NCBI GenBank assembly: GCA_044892525.1
Contig: CM097886.1
Span: forward strand, 93,062,001 to 93,126,000
DNA length: 64,000 nt
Reading direction: 5' to 3'
DNA from: Schmidtea polychroa
Lineage: Eukaryota
Shown here: positions 53,735-64,000 of the stretch, piece by piece
Layout of the letters: each line of letters opens with the position of its first letter
How positions within the stretch are numbered: the stretch's first letter is position 1
Notes under the pieces: generated by a model
Seen by the model: the letters and a program-made list of their open reading frames with translations, nothing else
Told to the model about the DNA's origin: nothing
Database searches by the model: none
Translations under genes and position numbers: made by a program

Positions 53735-56700
53735 TTAGTCTGGTTTTCTCTTTACCTTGGCATTCAATGTTAACGACTCAGATCTTTTCATTACTACCCG
53801 GATGAAAAGACCCACATTTTCGCCTACTTCTCAGTTTTCTTTTCACCATTTTTGTCTGGAACGTCGGTACGAGTTCTTTCTTCCATCTTTCTCAAATACG
53901 GTTCACAATTTCTAAAATTATTTTCCATCTTCGGTCATCTATACCTTCATTAGGTGTGATATCTTCTGTTCGCTCTAGTCCAGGCCAATTTTATAGAATA
54001 AAGTCATTTGGAGTTCGTCCAGTGTCATTTCAAAGTCGCTGCACTGGCAAAGGACGAGAATTCACCCTTCAACTTTTAATAACACCGTATTCAGGTACTC
54101 ATCCGTAATATCAGCCCCTCCAATATTTATTTTCATAGACGAGCTCTGACTATAAACTCTAAATCAACTTAGCGTTCAAGAAAGGGCGATTACATATTAG
54201 GCCTTTAAGTTAATTAAATAGATTTCTGAAATAAAAGTGCAAATATTGTGATGATTTGTCAATTAAATTGAGCATCTGGATTGATGATGAAATGTGCATA
54301 GATGAATAGAAAATACCTCGATTGAGTTATAACAGAAAGCAAGATAGACCTAGTACAGCTTTTGAGATTCAGGAGTTAATGTAATGGCAGCAATAGTAGA
54401 TAACTTAGTAAATATGAAAATTATTAAAATGTTAAGATAGGAAATTGGAGACAATTGTCTACTACTAACACTACATTATAACCCACCCAATGTGCGAATC
54501 CACTACAACCAATACTGAAATATAATACTAGGACTAACGACACCTTCTACTATTACTTAAAAAATTATTATAACTAGTTTTCGTATGTTTTTAGAATAAA
54601 CGGTTTAACTTGTAACGCGCTATTCAAATAGATAATTTTCTTTAGACACCTTTTTTGTTATAAATATCAGTTTGTTCGAAATGTTTTTGTGTTTTCCTTA
54701 TGTACTTTGCGTCGCATGTTGCGCACATGATTCGATATACAATTTTTTGAGAAGGAAAAACATTTGGTAGATTAGTAGCATTGACAATCTCGATGAAATA
54801 GATCTGATGTTAGAGATTTCCGAAGTTGTGATTTCAAAGGTGAATTTTCTGGATCACAGACAAATACATACAATTGACAAAACTCAATTATATAATGGTA
54901 AATTAATTAAAAATATTATTGAAATGTTGTTGGATTTTAAAAATTTGAATTGACAAAACAGATTTTTATGATTTTTAGCAAAATTATATTTTAAAAAGTA
55001 AATGAATTAGTTTGTTTAAAAAAGAGCAATTTAGATTGATTTAGCTTGAATTTCAATCCTACCTAACGGTGACAGTGAACCTGTCGAAAAATTCGACTAT
55101 CAATAACAATTTGTAACTCCAAAGTTTACTATAATTTTTATTTGTTTCTTTAAAAAATATTTATTTAATATTTCGCCTAAATTTAAAATACTTTCAATAA
55201 TTGGTTTTTTAATTAATTAACGCCTCTTGGAGAAAATTTTTAAGTTTTCGTTTTAATAATTTTATTGGAATGCGTAGGAAATAAGTTAAATAGTTATTAT
55301 TCCAGTATCTTTAACATTTTTCGTTATATTTTTGTAATCTTTATTAATTTTTAAAAATATTTATTTTTTGATTTGCACTTTATCAATTTAAAAAAAATTA
55401 ATTAACATAATTTTTACTGAATTCTTTAACATTGAATATTTTCATAATTATTGGGTTTTACCTAAACACTTTTGCTTTATATTGTTAGATGACAGGGGTC
55501 AATAAATCAACGAGTTCGAGTTAACCAAATATTACAGGAACTTCCCGAACAAAAATTAGAGGAACATCTACACGGAGGTCACACAACTTCTATAATTAGT
55601 AATTCGCATTCTCAGAAGTCTTCACTTCGTTGCAGTGCGAAATCAATGGACAATTTATTTTGATATACTCTGATATTGAAAATCTATCCATAATTGATTT
55701 TACATTGATATTAAATGTGTAATGGACAATTCATTTATTTGTAAATATTTCCTGAACGATTTATTGAGTGACATTGATTGGGGTGTAATTTATTTATTAT
55801 TTAGTGTTGTAGAATTTTATTCATTGGTGTCTATTATGTTGTTATTTTAATTTCGTGCTACGTAAAATATTAATTACACAAACTTGGGAAAAATGATAAA
55901 AACTAATTAAAATATTTGGAAATAAATTAAATTAAAATTTGAAATATTGAGAATCTAAAAAGATCAATTATGCAATCAAATTTGAAACACTTAAAAATTA
56001 ATAAGAAATATCTGTATAATTAAATATCACATTTGAATAGGAAAAACGCCTTATAAAGCAATCATGAAAAATAATAGAATTATTATAATTAGAAAGCAGC
56101 TGTACAATATAAATTGTGATAGCACTAGAAATATAATAAAGTAATCAGGAACAATATAAAAATTATTTTATAAAAAAACAGCTGTCCTAATTTTTAGATA
56201 AATAGCAGCGCAAAATCAGAATTTTTCGCCCAAAAAGCTAACAACTCTTTTAATATCTAAGAAGGTGAATCCTCGTTAGATTAAAAAATAAGAAGGATAC
56301 AACAAAAAAGTCTAACTACTGCACGCAACACAGCAAGGATAATATAACATTCACACATACATAATTTGCCTACACAATTCTATTGCAGTTACTGGAAATT
56401 TTGAATCGAATAGCAAGAAATTGATTTAAGTTTTTGGCAAATCTTTTATTGTAAATATATATTTGAAAACAACCGTCTTTTGCTTATTTCATACTCAGTA
56501 GATATATAGGAACCAGTAAAGTTGAGAAAGCAGATAACGAGTTCTCTACAATACCATTTAAATTTACTTACACTCAATTTGTGATGCGGCGTACATTGTT
56601 TTACTCAATATGTTATTGTTGTGTTGGATGATGAGGGTCTACCTATCACCATATTCATATTAAATAAATATTACAGAATAGGGCTTAGAAGTTATAGAAT

Positions 56701-58621
56701 TAACGTGTTTTCCAAAGAAAGACAATAAACTATAGTCCAAATATATATCCAAATCAAACACAATCAAACAATATATTCAATTCAAATGCAATCCATTTTA
56801 TCCTGTATATAATTGATAAAAATTACTTTAACATTCGGTGATTTGGTTATTTTATGTGACTATATTGAATTTAAACTGTTTCATCCAAGGTGACTATTAA
56901 TTATTTATCAAAATTGATTCATCCTGTGTATATATTTATTTGACTCTATATTATTTCATTAATTGCGTATTTAAACTAAATGTCTTGGGTATTTTATTTG
57001 TTGTATAATTGTTCTGGTATGTTAATAACAATAACATTTAACACAAAGGAAAATTATAAAAATTACTATGAAACTTATTATATTAATTAAAAATAATATT
57101 AATCTATATTAGAAATTTCTTGAAATAAATATCAAGAAATATTATACTACAAAAAATATAATAATAATATCTAATGTAAATGAAAGATAATGAGAAAATT
57201 GTAATTATTCGACGGGAAATTATATTTGAGTAGGTTGTCAAAATAAATAAATTGCCCAAGCCAATTAAGTCGACAAGGGGAAGCCCTGAGTGAGAATATC
57301 AAAATTAATTTAATGACGAAAGGATGATTATGAGATGGGTATAAAAGGTGCTATTTCGGCCTGTTTTGGGCTTGCGCCTATGTGTGCGTTTATTGTTAAA
57401 AGTTCTTTTTCTTGTATGTGTGCGCACACAGGCGCGAACAGGAGTTTTATTATTTTGGAATTCGAATTTTAGGAATTGTTATATAATTGTTTTTGTGGTT
57501 TGAATTTTTGAATCAAAAATGTCAATTGATGTTTATTTAAAACTTAATATTGAAGATGAAAAAGATCGAATGCTGAAAAGAAAGTACATCACTGAGTTAA
57601 TGGAACAAGATGAGAGCAAGTTGTATAATTCTAATGGTTCTGAAGAAACAGATAATGTTTTTAGTGGATAAGAATATCAATCACTACTTAAAGAATGTGG
57701 TTTGTCACTAGCTCTTGATAATGACATCGGTGATGTTGAGGAATTTGATTCTACTCCATTTGTCAAGTACAAAGCTTTGACTAGTAAATCGACAGACATT
57801 ATTGATGAGTTCTTTGAAAAATCTATTGATGAAAGATTCGAATAATCATTCTTTTAATTAGTAGTTCAATGTTTCTGATTTTAAAGTTGTAGCTGAATCA
57901 AATCTTTTCATTTATCAAATCATTGCAAATATCGAAGAGATTTTATTCACTCTTCAAGCAAACAACACGGAAAACAAAACGTTATCATCTGATGATAAAA
58001 TGACATCATTTTACAACTCAAACATCCAGTATTATAATTGAACCGGGGACCATCTGCAATGATATGTTGCAATTTTATCAAAAAGAAAAGGGTCTAATGA
58101 ATATTTAAGTATTTGACGCTGGTATTTAAAAAAATAGTCAAACTCGAGAGCGTATTTTGTTGGCTTATTCCGTTGGAGTCTTACAAGTGATAGTTGATGT
58201 AAGGAAAACTATAATTTATTTTAAAAGAACTAGAAAACAATTCTAAATTAATTACCACAAAACATCTGTATCAACCAGTCAGATGGAAGAATAATTTATC
58301 CACCTGTCTGGCTGTCTAATTTATGTCTTTGTGCCTGTGTGCACGTTTATTGTTAAGATATTTTATTCTTGTATGTGTGCGCACATAGGTGCGGAGAGGG
58401 TTATTTTTATTCTTTTGGAATTAAAATTTCGGAATTAGTTATGCCTAAGCATCGGTGTGCGCGTGATTGTGGAGTTTTTATGAAGGCTCACCTAATAATT
58501 CAGCTCCACATAATAAAGATAATGTGATTGGTATCAAAACTACTATAAATTCCTCTCGCGTTTGTATATAATTTAGTTAGTTTTAAATTGCAATTAATAT
58601 TTCTTACAGTCGAATTCATTA

Positions 58622-59095
58622 ATGTCAGGTGAAAAGAATTTTTAAGATGTTTCTGATTTTAAAGTTGTAGCCGAATCAGATTTTTTCAGTTATAAAATTA
58701 TTCCAAATATTGAAGAGATTTTATTCACCCTTCAAATAAACAACACGGAAAACAAAATGTTATCATCTGATGATAACATGACATCATTTTACAACTCAAA
58801 CATCCAGTTTTATAATTGTATAAAAGAAAAGAGAATCATCACCACAGATATATTATGTGCTATGCAGTTAGAGACTGGTGACGAGGAGAAAATTCGATTG
58901 GGTCATGTTGTGAAATTATATTTGAATATGGCTCGATGTAATTTGAAATTAAACCGGGGACCATCTGCATTCAAATGTTGCAATACGATGCTTGATAAGC
59001 AGCCAGTGAATGCAAAATCTATTTATCGAAAATCAAATGGTCTGATGATTATTGGAGAATTTGAAGCTGGTATTAAAAAATTGTCAAACTCGTGA
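58622..59095 (+). CDS. TPR-domain FKBP-like protein, unit 8
   Basis: Same translation as unit 1 (ORF 58757-59095). Confidence 0.55.
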
Positions 59096-60078
59096 ACATG
59101 CTTAGTTGGCTAATACAGTTGGAGTCAAGCATATGATAGTTGACATAAATAAATCCATGATTCTTACTTTAATTAGATTTGATTTGTTCAACATCGATAA
59201 AATGTATTCCAACTTTATTGAAGCCAGTCGTTAAAAATTTAGAATTAATAAAAAATTATTGTAGTTTTTTATAATAAATTTAAAAAATCTATCAATTGAC
59301 ATGATTTAGCACAAAATTCATCATCATTATTTAAAAGTAGAAACACATAATATATTTAAATTTATTTATCAACTTATTGTTTTTTTTAAAATGAAGTTTG
59401 TTTAAATATTCAATTCTCTGTCGATGTTGAACTTAAATTTGTTGTCAGATCCTTTGAATTAAAAAATTCTAATCCTGTAAAAAATGAGCGAAATTTAGAG
59501 TTAGAATTTAAATTTAGATGGTCTCAATGAAAGATTAGACGAATCATCCGAAGATTAACCAGCCGTACAAGACTCAGAAAATTTTTTTTCCAACACCTAA
59601 AAAATTTAGCCTTCAAAATTCGAGAATCAAAAATCGAAATAAACGAAATGTAAATTTACAATTAAGGATAATAACGAAATCAAACTGGAGGATGCATATG
59701 AAGATAAAGGTGCGAAACTAGTGCGACCTGATAAATAGAAAACCGAATACGACTGTTTTAGAGTCATTATAGAAATGCCAGATGAGTAAAAAAGACGTAT
59801 TAAACGTTTTATCGAATAAGAGATATCCATTTGGCGTGAAGGAAGATGATTGTTATTGTTATTCACCGGAATTAATTGTAATGAACATATTGCTATGTGA
59901 ATGTTCAATGGCAGAATCAACAGCTTGGCTATCGCTTAAATCAGAACTTACGTATATAACCATGTAATTAATTAGTTCATTATAATTTATTATATAATTA
60001 ATCAAATAAATTGGATTATTTTTTAATCATTTATAATTAAATTAATTAGTCAATAAAAATAATTCCAGTGATAAAATA

Positions 60079-60405
60079 ATGAGAATTTCTGACAGTCAAA
60101 ATAGCGAGAAATCCATTGATGCTATTTCTATGCTGTATCACATTTTATATCCGATTTTGAGAATGAGGAAAAATATGAAAATAGTGGAACTACTGGAACC
60201 GGATATCAAGGACGATTTTGATCGATCTAAGAATATTACAAAATCTTTGAAAAACAATATCAAAAAGGAAAGGAAATCGAATCAAAGGATAATGAAGTTG
60301 AATGTCAAGGAGGCATTTGTGATAGAAGTGGAAGAAGATAGGAAATTTTCGAAATTCAGAAATGAGAAAACAAAGGAAATATTGAATTCTATCAGGCAGA
60401 AATAA
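60079..60405 (+). pseudogene. NOP14: NOP14-like C-terminal fragment, unit 8
   Basis: Copy of 4800-5126. Confidence 0.55.
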
Positions 60406-61101
60406 ATATTTGTTTTTTCCTTCTTGGCAATTTATTATTTGTGTTGAGAATTTTTATTTAAACATATAAACTACTAATATTTTAATAAGTAGCCAAGTCA
60501 GGTGTTTTTTATTTGGCTTTTATTTTGGGGGCAGCAAGTGTATTTTGTGTTTCAATAAATTGCTAACGTAGAATTATATTATCCTGCCACTTCCAGAATG
60601 CATGGATAACGCGAGCTTGGTAAATTGTTTTGTTGTTTTAATATTTAGGATCGAAAATGGGATGTAATTGCCCGATTTAGATCAAATTCCCAGTTAGCCG
60701 ATGGGAATTAGAAACGGATCAAGTAGAGGTTAGCAAAATGAAATAAACGAGCTTTGAGAATAACTTCTAAATCAACTTAGGGTTCCAGACGTGGAGGTTT
60801 CATATTAGGCCTTAATGTTAATTAAATGGATTTCGGAAATAAAAGTGCAAATATTGTGATGATTTGTAAATTGAATTGAGTATCAGGATTGATGATGAAA
60901 TGTGCATGAACGGGGAGGTGCTTTGTTTGTGATGAGCTGCAGATTTGTGATTTGGACGCCTTATATTCGATAAGCATCAATAGTGGTGCTTGTTTATATG
61001 CCGTTGGACTAAGATTTTCTAAGAACTAAAAGATTACATATTAAGCCTTTATGTTAATTAAATGGATTTCTGAAATAAATAAAGCTAAACTATTTTGAAA
61101 A

Positions 61102-61631
61102 ATGTCCGGTGATGTCGTAGCTCAGTTCAAACTGGTATTAATTGGTGAGGGGAAACAGGCAAAACTGCTTTTTTAAAAAATACGTTACAGGAGAGTTTGG
61201 TAAGAAATATGGCGCAACATTGGGAGTGGAATTTCATTCTTTGGAGTTCAATAGAACTCGTGGTAAAATTCGTTTCAATGCCTGGGATACGGCCGGCTAA
61301 GAAAAGTTCTTAGAGATTTCTACTATATTCAATGTTAATGTGCTATAATAATGTTTGATGTAACTAGTCGTATTACATATAAAAATGATCAAACTGGCAC
61401 CGAGATTTAGTTAGGGTATGTGAAAACATCCCTATTATCTTTGTAGGGAATAAGGTGGATATTAAAGATAGACTAAAACAATTACCTTTCTGAGTAATAA
61501 GAATTTACAATATTAAGAATCACATGCTAAGTCTAATTATAAATTGGAAAAACAATTTTTGTGGATTGGTTGGGGATTCAAATCTCGAATTTTCTGAAAT
61601 GCTTACAATAGCTCCTCTTCATAATTCATAA
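61102..61631 (+). pseudogene. RAN: Ran pseudogene, unit 8
   Basis: Copy of 5823-6352. Confidence 0.95.
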
Positions 61632-63176
61632 TTAGTCTGGTTTTCTCTTTACCTTGGCATTCAATGTTAACGACTCAGATCTTTTCATTACTACCCGGAT
61701 GAAAAGACCCACATTTTCGCCTACTTCTCAGTTTTCTTTTCACCATTTTTGTCTGGAACGTCGGTACGAGTTCTTTCTTCCATCTTTCTCAAATACGGTT
61801 CACAATTTCTAAAATTATTTTCCATCTTCGGTCATCTATACCTTCATTAGGTGTGATATCTTCTGTTCGCTCTAGTCCAGGCCAATTTTATAGAATAAAG
61901 TCATTTGGAGTTCGTCCAGTGTCATTTCAAAGTCGCTGCACTGGCAAAGGACGAGAATTCACCCTTCAACTTTTAATAACACCGTATTCAGGTACTCATC
62001 CGTAATATCAGCCCCTCCAATATTTATTTTCATAGACGAGCTCTGACTATAAACTCTAAATCAACTTAGCGTTCAAGAAAGGGCGATTACATATTAGGCC
62101 TTTAAGTTAATTAAATAGATTTCTGAAATAAAAGTGCAAATATTGTGATGATTTGTCAATTAAATTGAGCATCTGGATTGATGATGAAATGTGCATAGAT
62201 GAATAGAAAATACCTCGATTGAGTTATAACAGAAAGCAAGATAGACCTAGTACAGCTTTTGAGATTCAGGAGTTAATGTAATGGCAGCAATAGTAGATAA
62301 CTTAGTAAATATGAAAATTATTAAAATGTTAAGATAGGAAATTGGAGACAATTGTCTACTACTAACACTACATTATAACCCACCCAATGTGCGAATCCAC
62401 TACAACCAATACTGAAATATAATACTAGGACTAACGACACCTTCTACTATTACTTAAAAAATTATTATAACTAGTTTTCGTATGTTTTTAGAATAAACGG
62501 TTTAACTTGTAACGCGCTATTCAAATAGATAATTTTCTTTAGACACCTTTTTTGTTATAAATATCAGTTTGTTCGAAATGTTTTTGTGTTTTCCTTATGT
62601 ACTTTGCGTCGCATGTTGCGCACATGATTCGATATACAATTTTTTGAGAAGGAAAAACATTTGGTAGATTAGTAGCATTGACAATCTCGATGAAATAGAT
62701 CTGATGTTAGAGATTTCCGAAGTTGTGATTTCAAAGGTGAATTTTCTGGATCACAGACAAATACATACAATTGACAAAACTCAATTATATAATGGTAAAT
62801 TAATTAAAAATATTATTGAAATGTTGTTGGATTTTAAAAATTTGAATTGACAAAACAGATTTTTATGATTTTTAGCAAAATTATATTTTAAAAAGTAAAT
62901 GAATTAGTTTGTTTAAAAAAGAGCAATTTAGATTGATTTAGCTTGAATTTCAATCCTACCTAACGGTGACAGTGAACCTGTCGAAAAATTCGACTATCAA
63001 TAACAATTTGTAACTCCAAAGTTTACTATAATTTTTATTTGTTTCTTTAAAAAATATTTATTTAATATTTCGCCTAAATTTAAAATACTTTCAATAATTG
63101 GTTTTTTAATTAATTAACGCCTCTTGGAGAAAATTTTTAAGTTTTCGTTTTAATAATTTTATTGGAATGCGTAGGA

Positions 63177-64000
63177 AATAAGTTAAATAGTTATTATTCC
63201 AGTATCTTTAACATTTTTCGTTATATTTTTGTAATCTTTATTAATTTTTAAAAATATTTATTTTTTGATTTGCACTTTATCAATTTAAAAAAAATTAATT
63301 AACATAATTTTTACTGAATTCTTTAACATTGAATATTTTCATAATTATTGGGTTTTACCTAAACACTTTTGCTTTATATTGTTAGATGACAGGGGTCAAT
63401 AAATCAACGAGTTCGAGTTAACCAAATATTACAGGAACTTCCCGAACAAAAATTAGAGGAACATCTACACGGAGGTCACACAACTTCTATAATTAGTAAT
63501 TCGCATTCTCAGAAGTCTTCACTTCGTTGCAGTGCGAAATCAATGGACAATTTATTTTGATATACTCTGATATTGAAAATCTATCCATAATTGATTTTAC
63601 ATTGATATTAAATGTGTAATGGACAATTCATTTATTTGTAAATATTTCCTGAACGATTTATTGAGTGACATTGATTGGGGTGTAATTTATTTATTATTTA
63701 GTGTTGTAGAATTTTATTCATTGGTGTCTATTATGTTGTTATTTTAATTTCGTGCTACGTAAAATATTAATTACACAAACTTGGGAAAAATGATAAAAAC
63801 TAATTAAAATATTTGGAAATAAATTAAATTAAAATTTGAAATATTGAGAATCTAAAAAGATCAATTATGCAATCAAATTTGAAACACTTAAAAATTAATA
63901 AGAAATATCTGTATAATTAAATATCACATTTGAATAGGAAAAACGCCTTATAAAGCAATCATGAAAAATAATAGAATTATTATAATTAGAAAGCAGCTGT
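63177..64000 (+). repeat. Repeat unit 9 (partial, cut by the window end)
   Basis: Matches unit positions 1-824. Confidence 0.97.

Larger units (their letters stand above)
47383..55279 (+). repeat. Repeat unit 7
   Basis: Period 7,897; private variant T49783. Confidence 0.97.
55280..63176 (+). repeat. Repeat unit 8
   Basis: Period 7,897; private variants C57171, C59540, C59549. Confidence 0.97.
1..64000 (+). repeat. Tandem macrosatellite array, 7,897-bp period, ~8.1 copies, open at both window ends
   Basis: The opening AATAAGTTAAATAGTTATT recurs at 7898, 15795, 23692, 31589, 39486, 47383, 55280 and 63177. The ORFs in the track recur at exactly +7,897. Confidence 0.99.

Noticed and set aside
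1-64000. Autonomous transposon, integrated virus or CRISPR array
   Set aside because: No RT, integrase, transposase, Rep/helicase, capsid or Cas ORF, no TIR/LTR/TSD, and no repeat-spacer structure. The content is eukaryotic.

Overview
The window is a head-to-tail tandem array (macrosatellite) of a 7,897-bp unit: 8 full copies plus 824 bp of a ninth. It runs off both window ends. The DNA is very AT-rich and eukaryotic, with candidate 26-50 nt GT-AG introns and an animal-like Ran sequence. Copies show no net length differences. I found 16 substitution sites by eye (not exhaustive), and the shared ones form a recombinant mosaic with a two-unit higher-order signature. The unit is not rDNA, histone genes or a recognisable transposon. 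It is a patchwork of damaged fragments of unrelated cellular genes: an intronless, frameshifted Ran pseudogene, a NOP14-like remnant, two diverged FKBP/TPR co-chaperone-like copies (one possibly still translatable), a probable EF-hand remnant and some orphan broken ORFs. It also holds two paralogous ~64-nt GC-rich hairpins whose differences mostly preserve pairing (one sits just downstream of a TATA box), and a 161-bp direct repeat flanking the Ran/EF-hand cassette. All protein family calls come from my recollection of the sequences, not from database searches. Features given only for unit 1 recur at +7,897 x n.
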